A stretch of DNA of 64,000 bases from an uncultured Actinomycetes bacterium (GTDB lineage: Bacteria; Actinomycetota; Actinomycetes; Streptosporangiales; Streptosporangiaceae): the NCBI GenBank assembly GCA_963840195.1, contig CAWIYD010000015.1, positions 8,112 to 72,111 of the forward strand, given 5' to 3'. Shown here one piece after another: positions 55,534-64,000 of the stretch (position 1 is the first letter of the stretch; every line of letters begins with the position of its first letter). A program made the position numbers and the translations under genes. The notes under the pieces were generated by a model. That model was not told the DNA's origin. It searched no databases and worked only from the letters and a program-made list of their open reading frames with translations.

Positions 55534-55802
55534 CCGACGTCTCGCATCAGCTGCTCGACCGCCTGCACGTGCTCGGACAGCTTGGCCAGCTCGGTGCGCA
55601 GCTCCTGCTGGTTGGACACCGCCTCCTCGGCCAGCTTGCGGTAGTGCGCCATGGCCACCGCGTCGGCGCGGTGGCGCTGCAGCCGGAAGTACGACCACAC
55701 GATGATGGCGGCTGCCGCGCAGACGCAGAACGGGATGCCCAGTCCGACGGCGATTCCGGTCGTAGCCCCGCTGGTCAGCGCGGCCACGTGCGAAGCGATC
55801 AT
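55530..55802 (-). CDS. small single-pass membrane protein with coiled-coil tail
   Basis: Intact 90-aa ORF: TM ...GIAVGLGIPFCVCAAAAIIVWSYF, then ...YRKLAEEAVSNQQELRTELAKLSEHVQAVEQLM. Both ends overlap the neighbours by 4 nt. Confidence 0.5.
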   Translation of the reverse strand: MIASHVAALTSGATTGIAVGLGIPFCVCAAAAIIVWSYFRLQRHRADAVAMAHYRKLAEEAVSNQQELRTELAKLSEHVQAVEQLMRDVG

Positions 55803-56179
55803 CGGCTGGTTCCTTCCTGGTCGGTCTCTCGGGTGTCCACGTCGTCCCCTTCCGCGCCGTCTTGGCCCAGCGCCGAGATGATCGTCTCGGCGTTGAGGCG
55901 CAGGTCGAACGGCGCCAGCTCGAAGTACTTCATCGCCTTGCCGTCCTCGGACAGCTCCAGCTGGCCGGCCACCAGGCCCGCCTTCTCCAGCTTGTCGAGG
56001 TGCATGTAGAGCAGTGGCCGGGACAGGCCCAGCCGCCGGGCCAGCTCGCTGACGTGCACCCGGCCATGCCGCAGCTCGGCCACGATCCGCATCCGGTGCG
56101 GATTGGCCACCGCGCTGAGCACGGTAAGCAGCTCGTCACTGGTCAGCGTCGCTCCTTCAGCCGTTCTTTCACCTGTCAT
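55799..56179 (-). CDS. ArsR-type winged-helix transcriptional regulator
   Basis: Internal ATG 56179: ...LLTVLSAVANPHRMRIVAELRHGRVHVSELARRLGLSRPLLYMHLDKLEKAGLV.... Confidence 0.8.
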   Translation of the reverse strand: MTGERTAEGATLTSDELLTVLSAVANPHRMRIVAELRHGRVHVSELARRLGLSRPLLYMHLDKLEKAGLVAGQLELSEDGKAMKYFELAPFDLRLNAETIISALGQDGAEGDDVDTRETDQEGTSR

Positions 56180-56225
56180 AAAAAACTTACACGTGGAAGG
56201 ATGGGCCGTCAATTCCGGGTCAGCG

Positions 56226-56855
56226 ATGATGGTCGCCATGGGAGATCTGATCCTGCTTCGGCATGGCGAGACGGAGTGGAGCCGGGCGGGCCGGCACACC
56301 GGCCGCACCGACATCCCGCTCACCCCGGCGGGAGAAGCCGCCGCCGCGTCACTGGCGCCCGCCCTCGCGGGCCGGGACATCGCCGCCGTGTTCACCAGCC
56401 CGGCGCAGCGGGCGGTGCGGACGGCGGAACTGGCCGGGCTGGACGGCGCCAAGCCGGATCCGGATCTCCAGGAATGGGACTACGGCGGCTACGAGGGGAT
56501 CACCACGGCGCAGATCCGGGCGGGCCGTCCCGGCTGGTACCTGTGGCGCGACGGCGTGGTTCCCGGGGATGGGCAGCACCCCGGGGAGGCCGTTGATCAG
56601 GTGGGGGCCCGGGCCGACGCGGTGCTGGCCCGGGTGCGGCCACTGCTGAGCGGGGGGGACGTGGCGCTCGTCTCGCACGCGCACCTGCTGCGCGTGCTGA
56701 CGGCCCGCTGGCTGGGCCTGGAGGCGGCCGGCGGCCGGCTGTTCCGGCTGGACACCGGCACGCTGAGCACCCTGGGCAGCGAGCACGACTACCCGGTGAT
56801 CCTGACCTGGAACGTCCCGGTCAGCGCGGCCGGGTCTCCTCCTCCATCCAGCTGA
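56226..56855 (+). CDS. histidine phosphatase family protein (PGAM-like)
   Basis: ...LILLRHGETEWSRAGRHTGRTDIPLTPAGE...FTSPAQRAVRTAEL...VSHAHLLRVLTARWLG.... Candidate ATGs at 56226, 56229 and 56238. Confidence 0.85.
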   Translation: MMVAMGDLILLRHGETEWSRAGRHTGRTDIPLTPAGEAAAASLAPALAGRDIAAVFTSPAQRAVRTAELAGLDGAKPDPDLQEWDYGGYEGITTAQIRAGRPGWYLWRDGVVPGDGQHPGEAVDQVGARADAVLARVRPLLSGGDVALVSHAHLLRVLTARWLGLEAAGGRLFRLDTGTLSTLGSEHDYPVILTWNVPVSAAGSPPPSS

Positions 56856-57207
56856 GGTAGCCAGCCGAGCCCGCCACGATGGGCATGGCGATGATCTCGG
56901 GCTCGTCGTAGCTGTGCCGCTGGGTCAGGAAGTCGGCCAGGTCCTGGTAACCGGCGGCGGGCAGCTTGAACAGCAGCAGCCATTCCTCGGCCCGCTCGAG
57001 GTCGCCCTCCCACCAGAACGTGCTCATCACCGGCCCGGCCACCTGCACGCACGCGGCCAGCCGGGCCGCCACCGCGCTGCGGCCCAGTTCCATCGCCTCG
57101 GCCCGGGAATCGGTCGTGGTCTGCACCTGCAGGTAGGCGGCGCCAGCCCCGGCCGGACCGGCCCGTGCCTCGTCCGCCAACCGTGGCTCACCCGCCTGAC
57201 CCGCCAT
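56821..57207 (-). CDS. cutA: divalent-cation tolerance protein CutA
   Basis: Intact 128-aa ORF: ...LAACVQVAGPVMSTFWWEGDLERAEEWLLLFK...HSYDEPEIIAMPI.... Confidence 0.85.
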   Translation of the reverse strand: MAGQAGEPRLADEARAGPAGAGAAYLQVQTTTDSRAEAMELGRSAVAARLAACVQVAGPVMSTFWWEGDLERAEEWLLLFKLPAAGYQDLADFLTQRHSYDEPEIIAMPIVAGSAGYLSWMEEETRPR

Positions 57208-57233
57208 GCCAGCGATGCTACGCCGCTCTGCTA

Positions 57234-57315
57234 GCCCGGGGGCGACCCCCGCAGCCCCCGTCCATTCGCCGGTTCGGCGGGGACACGCCTGCGGCGAGCC
57301 CCCCTGGCCCGCGAA
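57234..57315 (-). repeat. degenerate E-element copy between livF-like stop and cutA start
   Basis: GCCCGGGGGCGACCCCCGCAGCCCCCGTCCATTCGCCGGTTCGGCGGGGACACGCCTGCGGCGAGCCCCCCTGGCCCGCGAA is colinear with the reverse complement of the 40.9-kb unit. Confidence 0.7.
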
Positions 57316-57317
57316 TA

Positions 57318-58092
57318 TCAGGCTTCGCGGTCGGCGGCCGGCTTGGCGGCTGGCCCGCGGCCGCCGAGGAAGGACTCCACGAATTCCGGGCTGGCGGACA
57401 GTTCCGCGGGCGTCCCCACCATCCGCACCTCGCCGCCGCCCAGCACGTAGGTCCGGTCCGAGATGGCCAGCACCGCGCGGGCCCGCTGTTCCACGATGAG
57501 CACCGCGGCCCCGCTGGCGGCCAGATGGCGGACGTGCTCCTCCAGCAGCGCGGTGGCCACGATCGGCGCCAGGTTCGCGGTCGGCTCATCCAGCAGGAAG
57601 ACCCCCGGGTCGAGCATCAGCACCCGGCCCATGGCCAGCATCTTCCGCTCCCCGCCACTCAGCTTCCCGGCGCTGCGGGTCAGCATGTCAGCCGAGCCGC
57701 GGGAAGATGGCCAGCACGCGCTCGACGCGTTCCGGGATCTGACGGCGGGGCAGCAGGTAGCCGCCCATCTCCAGGTTCTCCCGGACGCTCAGCGGGCCGA
57801 ACACGTCGTCCACCTGCGGCACGTAGCCGACCGCCTCGCGGGCGATCTGCTCCGGCGCCGCGTTGGTAAGGTCGCGGTCGCCGACCCGCACCGTCCCCGA
57901 CGAGATCCGGACCACCCCGACCAGGCTCTTGAGCAGGGTGCTCTTGCCCGAGCCGTTCGGCCCGACCAGCGACACCACCTCGCCGGGCATGGTGTTCACC
58001 GTGATGTCCCGGATCACCGGGTCGCCGCCGTAGCCGGCGGTGATGCCCTCGGCGTGCAGCGGCAGGCCGTGCAGCGCAAGCTCAGCCGACAA
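57318..58092 (-). pseudogene. livF: branched-chain amino acid ABC transporter ATP-binding protein (LivF-like), one frameshift at about 57687
   Basis: Walker A GPNGSGKSTLL and ...VPQVDDVFGPLSVRENL...IFPRLG, then an in-frame TGA (57688-90). One nt later, ...MLTRSAGKLSGGERKMLAMGRVLMLDPGVFLLDEPTANL... continues to 57318. Confidence 0.85.
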
Positions 58093-58870
58093 GATAGGCC
58101 TCCACCACCTCGCTGCGGCCGCGCAGCTGCTCCATGGTCCCCTCCGCCAGCACCCTGCCCTCGGCCATCACCACCACCGGGTCGCAGAATTCGTCCATGA
58201 TCGCCAGTTCATGCTCCACCATCAGGATCGTCATGCCCTCGGCGCACAGCGCGACGAGTTGGGCCCCGATGCGGCGGGCCAGGTTCGGGTGCACGCCGGC
58301 CATCGGCTCGTCGAGCAGCAGCACGGTCGGGTCGGTCATCAGCGCCCGCATGATCTCCACCAGGCGGCGCTGCCCGCCGCTCAGGTCACCGGCGTAGTTG
58401 TTGGCGAACCGCTCCAGGCCGAACCGTTCCAGCAGCGCCTCGGCCCGCGCGATCGCGGCGGACTCGTCGGCCCGCCAGTACCGCTTGCCGGCCAGCGCGC
58501 CGCGGAAGGTGTCCCCGCGGTTGCCCGGGACGGCGGACAGCAGGTTCTCCATGACGGTCAGCCGCTTGAACTCGCTGGCCAGCTGGAAGGTGCGGACCAG
58601 GCCGAGCCGGGCCCGCCGGTAGGCCGCCACCCCGGTGACGTCCCCGCCCTGGTAGCGGATCGTCCCCGACGTCACCGGCAGGGTGCCTGCCAGCATCGCC
58701 AGCAGCGTCAACTTCCCGGCCCCGTTCGGCCCGATGAGCCCGGTCAGCGTCCCCTGCCGGACCCCGAACGACGCCCCGTTCACCGCCTTGACCCCGCCAA
58801 ACTGCTTGACGACGTCAAGGCACTCCAGCACCACGGGCCGTTCTGCCCTGTTCGCCTTTTTCCTGCCCAT
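58082..58870 (-). CDS. livG: branched-chain amino acid ABC transporter ATP-binding protein (LivG-like)
   Basis: ...LECLDVVKQFGGVKAVNGASF...GPNGAGKLTLL...LSGGQRRLVEIMRALMTDPTVLLLDEPMAGV.... ATG 58870 (GTG 58834/58831 also possible). Confidence 0.9.
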   Translation of the reverse strand: MGRKKANRAERPVVLECLDVVKQFGGVKAVNGASFGVRQGTLTGLIGPNGAGKLTLLAMLAGTLPVTSGTIRYQGGDVTGVAAYRRARLGLVRTFQLASEFKRLTVMENLLSAVPGNRGDTFRGALAGKRYWRADESAAIARAEALLERFGLERFANNYAGDLSGGQRRLVEIMRALMTDPTVLLLDEPMAGVHPNLARRIGAQLVALCAEGMTILMVEHELAIMDEFCDPVVVMAEGRVLAEGTMEQLRGRSEVVEAYLVG

Positions 58871-59918
58871 CGTGATCTTCCGCACCCGCGCGCGCCACCG
58901 CCTGCGGGGGCGCTTGCTCGCCCGGCGGCGCCGCACCCGCCGGGGCCGGTGCTGGCGCCGCGTGGATGACGCGCTTGCGCTCGGGCAGGATGCCCTGCGG
59001 GCGGGCCCACAGGAAGATGACGATGAGCAGCCCGATCGCCACCCATTCCAGGGACGGGATCAGGTTGGGCGGCAGGTTGTTGGAGGTGGGGATGAAGCGG
59101 GTGATCTCCTCGAAGCCGACCGGCACGAGGATCGCGCCCAGCACCGCCCCGATATGGTTGCCGGCCCCGCCGATGATCACCGCCGCGAACAGCACCACGG
59201 TTTCCGCGTAGCCCCAGGCCGCCGGGGACCAGGTGGTGGTGTAGGAGACCAGGATGCCGCCGCTCAGCCCGGCGATGGCGCCGCCGAGGACGAGCATGGT
59301 GGCGCGCATGGAGAGCAGGTTCTTGCCCAGCGAGTCGGCCACCGTGTCGTTGTCCCGCATGGCCCGCAGGGACCGGCCGTAGGGCGACTGGGTGACCCGC
59401 CAGACCAGCCAGAACACCCCGGCCACCAGGATCACGGAACCCGCCGCGAACGCCCACTGGTAGCCGTTGGACGTGGTGGAGAACACGTTGGGCGCTGAGC
59501 GCAGCGGCGGCGGGATGAGCGACAGCCCGGCGTCCCCGTTGAGCAGCGGCCGGTAGTTGGTCACCAGCAGGTTCAGCAGCACCGCGGTGACCAGCAGGCC
59601 GACGGCGGCGAAGTCACCGCGCAGCCGCCGGCCGACCAGGAAGGTGAACGGCAGGGCGAGCAGCCCGCCGACCACTGCGGCCCCGATCCAGGGCAGCGGG
59701 AAAGGCAGGTTCCAGCCGCCGATGTAGGACTGGAAGCCGCCGTTCGCGGACTGGCTGGGCAGCGCCAGCACCGCGGCGGCGTAGCCGCCCGCGGCCTGGA
59801 AGATGATGAAACCGAAGTTCGTTACCCCGGCCACGCCGAACTGCTGGCTGAGGCCGAGGCAGGCCATCGCGTCCACCGTCGCGTAGATGACCAGGTTGAG
59901 CGCGTAGAACGCGTTCAC
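58815..59918 (-). CDS. livM: branched-chain amino acid ABC transporter permease (LivM-like)
   Basis: Intact 367-aa polytopic ORF: ...SPYGRSLRAMRDNDTVADSLGKN...VIIGGAGNHIGAVLGA.... Confidence 0.9.
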   Translation of the reverse strand: MNAFYALNLVIYATVDAMACLGLSQQFGVAGVTNFGFIIFQAAGGYAAAVLALPSQSANGGFQSYIGGWNLPFPLPWIGAAVVGGLLALPFTFLVGRRLRGDFAAVGLLVTAVLLNLLVTNYRPLLNGDAGLSLIPPPLRSAPNVFSTTSNGYQWAFAAGSVILVAGVFWLVWRVTQSPYGRSLRAMRDNDTVADSLGKNLLSMRATMLVLGGAIAGLSGGILVSYTTTWSPAAWGYAETVVLFAAVIIGGAGNHIGAVLGAILVPVGFEEITRFIPTSNNLPPNLIPSLEWVAIGLLIVIFLWARPQGILPERKRVIHAAPAPAPAGAAPPGEQAPPQAVARAGAEDHDGQEKGEQGRTARGAGVP

Positions 59919-59937
59919 CGCCGCTCCCCTCCGCCGG

Positions 59938-60804
59938 TCATGCCCGTGCTCCCAGCAATCCGGTGGGACGCAGGCCCAGCACGGCGAGCAGGGCCACGAA
60001 GGCGACCACGTACTTGTAGTCGGCCGGGATGAACGCCGCGCTCACCTCGGTGGCCAGCCCGATCAGCAGCGCGCCGAGCATGGCCCCGTAGGCCTGCCCC
60101 GGGCCGCCCAGGAACACGGCGGCCAGGATGAGCACGAGGAACAGGTCGGTCGAGGTGGCGTCGAAGCTGCCCGAGTCGATGGCGAAGACCACGCCCGCCA
60201 GCCCGCACAGCGCCCCGGTCAGCGCCCAGGTGATGGTGATCACCCGGGCGGTGCGGATCCCGCAGTTGCGCGCCAGGGAGCCGTTGGCGGCGGTGGCCCG
60301 CATGGCCTTGCCCAGCCTGGTGTACCGCAGCAGGCCGTGCACTCCCGCCATGACCAGCACCGCCAGTACCATGATGCCGATCTGCACGGCGGTCAGGTCC
60401 AGCCCGCCGCCCTGGAGCGTCGGGCCGTTGCCCATGGTGTAGGACACCGCGGTCCCGCCGGACACCGCCTGGACCCCGAACTCGATGATGAGGGTCATCC
60501 CGAGCGACACGATCACCATGGTGATCGGGGCGGTGCCGCGCCGCTGGAACGGCGTGTATACCCCGATGTTGAGCAGCACCGAGATCAGCGAGCAGGCCAC
60601 GACCGCCACGATCAGGCCGAGCCACACCGAGGCCCCGGCCGCGTTCACCGCGTAGGCGATGAACGCGCCGAAGATCATGATGGCGCCGTAGGCCAGGTTG
60701 AGCACGTCGGTCACCCCGAACTGCAGGGTGAACCCGACCGACGCGATGGCCAGCACCGACGCGGTCACCAGGCCGAACCCGATGGAGGCGACGAACAGGC
60801 TCAT
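59938..60804 (-). CDS. livH: branched-chain amino acid ABC transporter permease (LivH-like)
   Basis: Intact 288-aa polytopic ORF: ...GFTLQFGVTDVLNLAYGAIMIFGAF...YTRLGKAMRATAANGSLAR...VFLGGPGQAYGAMLGALLIG.... Confidence 0.9.
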   Translation of the reverse strand: MSLFVASIGFGLVTASVLAIASVGFTLQFGVTDVLNLAYGAIMIFGAFIAYAVNAAGASVWLGLIVAVVACSLISVLLNIGVYTPFQRRGTAPITMVIVSLGMTLIIEFGVQAVSGGTAVSYTMGNGPTLQGGGLDLTAVQIGIMVLAVLVMAGVHGLLRYTRLGKAMRATAANGSLARNCGIRTARVITITWALTGALCGLAGVVFAIDSGSFDATSTDLFLVLILAAVFLGGPGQAYGAMLGALLIGLATEVSAAFIPADYKYVVAFVALLAVLGLRPTGLLGARA

Positions 60805-60916
60805 CCCGGCCCCACCGCGGTGCGCGCGGCGCGGCGGGACGGCCCAGCCGCCGCACCGGGCCGTGGCCTCCCCCGGAGGGGCGGGGAGGCCACGGCCCGG
60901 GCGCCCGGGGCTGCCG

Positions 60917-62282
60917 TCAAGACAGCGCCCGCAGTTGCGCGGCAGTCAGGTTGCCGGTCACGTTCACCTGGCCCGACGGGCTGTAGGTGTCCACCTGGAA
61001 GATCCCGGTGGAGTCGTGGTAACTGTCGAAGTTGGTCGGCCCGCCCGGCCCTTCGTACCGGATGGCCTTGCCCGCCTTGAGCGCGCTGGCGCAGGCGGCG
61101 AACGAGTAGCAGACCGTGGCACCGGGCACGCCGTTGCCGATCTTGATGATGTCCGGCCCGTACACACTGGGGCTGGTGCTCTTGGACATGAGCATGGCCA
61201 GGGCGGCCAGGTTGATGCCGTCGTACAGGTGCACGCCGCCCGGCGCGCTCAGGTAGGTGGTGAAGTCACCGGTCGCGCCGGGCACCTTGCCCTGCTGGGA
61301 CAGCAGGGCGGTCTTGAAGGCGCTGAAGGCGGGCCCATTCGACTCCACGACCAGGTTGTCGGCGTGGAAGCTGCTGGCGAACGTGCTGGCCCCCTCGGCC
61401 GCCGCGGCCGACTTGAAGAAGGCGGGCGAGATCGCGGCCGAGGTACCGATGATCGGGATGACCTTGCCCCCGTTGAGCTGCTTGATCTCGGAGAACAAGG
61501 TCGGGTCGGCCGAGCCCAGCGCCTCGGTCATGATGGCGTCCGGGTGCGACTGGACGATCGCCTCGGCCTCGGTGCGGAACGTGGTGGCCTTGAGGTCGAG
61601 CGACTGGTTGGTGGTCAGCGTGATGCCGGCCTTCTTGAGCGCGCCGATGGCCGGCTGGATGAACGTCTGGGACCCGATGTCGTTGCCGAAGGCCAGCGCG
61701 ATCCGCTTGTAGTGCAGCTGCTGCGCGATCGCCACCATGGCGTACGACTCCTCCAGGTCCGGGGGGACCAGGCGGTAGAAGTACGGGTACTGGACGTGGT
61801 CGAATTCGGACTGGCCGGTCATGCAGAACATGGCCATCTTGCGCGCGTTGATGACCGGGACCACCGCGGCCGCCTCGTCGGACGTGCACCCGATGACCAG
61901 GGCCAGGTTGGACGTGGACGCGAACATCTGGTTGACCGCCGGGATGGCGTCAGCGGGATCGCCGCGGGTGTCCACGCTCTTGCAGGTCAGCGTGTGCCCG
62001 AGCACCCCGCCCGCCTGGTTGATGGCGGCCGTGGCACCGTAGCAGGACGCCAGGTACGTGGGGCCGAGGGCGGCGTCCGCCCCGCTGAACGGGGCCACGT
62101 CGGCGACGGTGAGCGACTTGCCGGAGCTGCCGGAGCTGCCGCGAGGTGCTGCCGCCGGAGGCGCCGCTGCCCGAGGAGCTGCCGCAGGCGGCCAGCCCGG
62201 CGGCCAGGACGCCAGCGGCCAGCACCGCGCCGGCCCGCGCCGCCCCGGGCCGCGCTGGGCGTCTGAGAGTAGTGAACTTCAT
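60917..62282 (-). pseudogene. ABC transporter substrate-binding lipoprotein (LivK/Peripla_BP_6-like), one frameshift near 62130
   Basis: ATG 62282 preceded by GGAGGGGG. Lipobox AAGLAACGSSSGSG in one frame. The mature domain ...VAPFSGADAALGPTYLASCYGATAAINQAGGVLGHTL... is in ORF 60917-62098. Confidence 0.85.
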
Positions 62283-62317
62283 TGTCCCCCTCCGTACCTT
62301 GGTGGAGTGACGTGATT

Positions 62318-62360
62318 GCTGTTCGGTCAGGTAGCTGTTCGGTCAGTGCTGTTCGGTCAG
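62318..62360. repeat. three direct copies of GCTGTTCGGTCAG in the FAH / binding-protein spacer
   Basis: Copies at 62318-30, 62334-46 and 62348-60 (spacings 16 and 14 nt), 35-80 nt upstream of the binding-protein ATG on the transcribed strand (CTGACCGAACAGC). Confidence 0.85.
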
Positions 62361-62388
62361 GTAGTGGCGGGCCATGCCGGGAGCGGGT

Positions 62389-63294
62389 TCAGAATCCGCT
62401 GGGCAGCGGGCCGCCCGGGCGCCAGCGCCAGTCGGCGGGGGCGCCCTCTTCGGCGACCACCCGGTTGCGGATGGAGCCGAGGCCTTCGACGGTGATCTCG
62501 ATGACGTCTCCCGGCTGCATCCAGACGGGAGGGGTGCGGGCGAAACCGACGCCACCGGGAGTGCCGGTCGCGATCACGTCCCCAGGGACGAGGCGGGTGA
62601 AGGAGGAGAAGAACTCCACCGCGCTCGGCACGTCCACGAGCATGAGCGAGGTCCGCGCGGACTGCATGACCTGGCCGTTGAGCCGGGAACTGATGGCCAG
62701 GTCGCTGACGTCGAGCTCGTCGGTGGTGACCACCTCGGGCCCGAGGGGCATGCTGCCCTCGAAGTTCTTGCCCGCCGTCCACTGGCTGGCCGCCCGCTGC
62801 CAGTCACGGGCCGACGCGTCGTTGAGCACCACGAAGCCCGCGATGGCGTCCAGCGCCTTGTCCGCGCTGATGTAGCGGCCACCGCTGCCGATGACGATGC
62901 CGAGTTCCGCCTCGTAGTCGAAGCGCTCGGTCAGGGCGGGCCGGACCAGGTCGGCGTACGGGCCGAGCACGCTGTCCGCTCCGCGCACGAAGGCGTCCGG
63001 CCAGGTGGGTACCTCGCGGCCGCCTTCCAGGGCGTGCTCGCTGTAGTTCAGTCCCAGGCAGAGGATCCGGGGGGGCCGCGGCACCGCGGGGCCGAAATCG
63101 GCCTCGGCCACCTCACGTCCCTCAGCGTCGGTGAGGGCCCGCACCGCATCCATGGCGGGCAGGCCGGCTTCCAGGACATGGTGCAGCGAGGCGAACCGGG
63201 GATCACCCAAGGCCTCGGCGACATCGACGTAACCGGAGCGCGCCCGGACGTGCAGCCGCAGTCCGTCAGGGGTGGCGATGGTGGCGAGCCTCAC
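62389..63294 (-). CDS. fumarylacetoacetate hydrolase (FAH) family protein
   Basis: GTG 63294 preceded by GAAGGAGA. ...PRILCLGLNYSEHA...DYEAELGIVIG...GFVVLNDASARDWQ...KNFEGSMPLGP...PGDVIATGTPGGVG.... Confidence 0.9.
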   Translation of the reverse strand: MRLATIATPDGLRLHVRARSGYVDVAEALGDPRFASLHHVLEAGLPAMDAVRALTDAEGREVAEADFGPAVPRPPRILCLGLNYSEHALEGGREVPTWPDAFVRGADSVLGPYADLVRPALTERFDYEAELGIVIGSGGRYISADKALDAIAGFVVLNDASARDWQRAASQWTAGKNFEGSMPLGPEVVTTDELDVSDLAISSRLNGQVMQSARTSLMLVDVPSAVEFFSSFTRLVPGDVIATGTPGGVGFARTPPVWMQPGDVIEITVEGLGSIRNRVVAEEGAPADWRWRPGGPLPSGF

Positions 63295-63393
63295 GTGCCC
63301 GATCTCCTTCGTTCGTGGTGGTGATGGCCGTTCAGTGGCTTAGCGGCGGATGGCCGGGCCGTCGGCCGGATCACAGCCCTCCAGGCGCCGGCC

Positions 63394-63537
63394 GATTGGT
63401 TGAGCTGAACCAGAATTGGTTGTATAGCGCGGATTGGTTGAGAATAGGTCGGTATGGTTGTGGGGGTCAATAGGGTGAAGAGGACTTTCTCCCGCAACCT
63501 AGTCACAGTCTTGTCTCGATTGGTACGATTGGTTGAG
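63394..63537. promoter_or_regulatory. array of six GATTGGTTGAG-like boxes in the FAH / GntR divergent spacer
   Basis: GATTGGTTGAG at 63394, 63432 and 63527. Variants AATTGGTTGTA (63414), GTATGGTTGTG (63452) and GATTGGTAC (63518). The first pair forms TGGTTGAGCTGAACCA (TGGTT-n6-AACCA). Confidence 0.6.
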
Positions 63538-63579
63538 TGCCTCGGGAGGGCACGCTAGAAGGCAAGGTGAACAACCCGG

Positions 63580-64000
63580 ATGGGGTACCCAGCAAGGCCG
63601 TCCGCGCCGGTGCCTGCCCAGCTCACGCACCAGCTGGCCGAGCTGATCCTGGCCGAGTCGGCGCGGGCCGGGCTCGGGCCGGGCTCCCGGCTGCCCACGG
63701 AACGCCAGCTCGCGGCCGACCTCGGCGCGACCCGGACGTCGATCCGGCACGCGCTGGCGATGCTGGAGGCCGAGGGGCACATCTCCCGCGAGGTCGGCCG
63801 CGGGACCTTCCTGCGCCCGTCCGCGGGCCAGCCTCCAGGCCAGTCCCGGGCCAGCAGGCACCGGGGGCGGCGGGCGCGCTGCCCGCCCTCCTCCGGCCGG
63901 GCGGCGGCCTGGCCGGGGCGGATGACGGGGCCGCCGGGCCGCGCTATGCGGACCAGGCGGGTGCACTGCGCCTGGCCCGGGACCCCGGCCGCCCGGGGAA
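63580..64000 (+). CDS. GntR family transcriptional regulator (partial, runs off the window; possibly frame-shifted after the HTH)
   Basis: ATG 63580: MGYPARPSAPVPAQLTHQLAELILAESARAGLGPGSRLPTERQLAADLGATRTSIRHALAMLEAEGHISREVGRGTFLRP is a canonical GntR wHTH. Beyond about 63830 the frame becomes Arg/Pro/Gly-rich and is no longer recognisable. Not in the supplied ORF track because it has no stop in the window. Confidence 0.75.
   Translation, partial: MGYPARPSAPVPAQLTHQLAELILAESARAGLGPGSRLPTERQLAADLGATRTSIRHALAMLEAEGHISREVGRGTFLRPSAGQPPGQSRASRHRGRRARCPPSSGRAAAWPGRMTGPPGRAMRTRRVHCAWPGTPAARG

Noticed and set aside
63291-63506. 71-aa minus-strand ORF in the FAH / GntR spacer
   Set aside because: It overlaps the well-supported FAH start (SD + GTG 63294). 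It has atypical low-GC codons generated by the GATTGGTTGAG boxes, no SD and no recognisable fold.

Overview
Very GC-rich actinobacterial chromosomal segment. Gene content looks like Streptomyces- or Streptosporangiales-type actinomycetes: a DUF397/Scr1-type pair, an AfsR/SARP regulator, MMPL pumps and the F420-dependent NpdG. I can support about 63 protein-coding loci. I found no rRNA, tRNA, CRISPR, transposase, integrase or phage genes by eye.

Layout:
- 0-10 kb: ABC-2 permease, DUF397, S53 sedolisin-like protease, YciO, an ABC ATPase with membrane proteins, and a HisKA_3 kinase / NarL-type regulator pair.
- 10-19 kb: small intact enzymes and regulators.
- 19-29.5 kb: nitrogen block glnA2 - [large SARP/NB-ARC/TPR regulator] - glnE, with divergent nadE.
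- 29.5-36.5 kb: DUF2891, PhzF, TetR+MFS, panB, npdG.
- 36.8-45.9 kb: sulfonate island ssuCBAD plus FMN reductase, NtaA/DszA-type monooxygenase, flavin reductase, an FAD/NAD(P) protein and an ICL/PEP-mutase-family protein.
- 46-49.8 kb: an orphan gene, two double-YbjQ genes, map.
- 49.8-54.6 kb: two tandem MMPL paralogs.
- 54.7-57.2 kb: ArsR-type HTH / small TM / stand-alone sensor-domain operon, a histidine phosphatase, cutA.
- 57.3-62.3 kb: a liv-type ABC importer.
- Window end: an FAH-family hydrolase and a divergent GntR gene.

Two window-scale oddities stand out.
1. A roughly 86-bp GC-rich palindromic repeat family (core CGAATCGCGGGGGGTTCCGGGGGGTCGCC) occurs at six loci. There are two copies inside the intact essential gene nadE (one full copy read in frame, one partial) and one inside glnE. 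This recalls Rickettsia palindromic elements.
2. Reading-frame breaks are very unevenly distributed. There are at least 17 in 1.2-10 kb, at least 3 in glnE and single breaks in several transporters. In contrast, about 9 kb (10.5-19.3 kb) and about 9.6 kb (22.6-32.2 kb) are unbroken. This is either real gene decay or locally poor consensus quality, and I cannot tell which from sequence alone.

All function calls rest on recognisable family motifs read from the translations. No searches were run.
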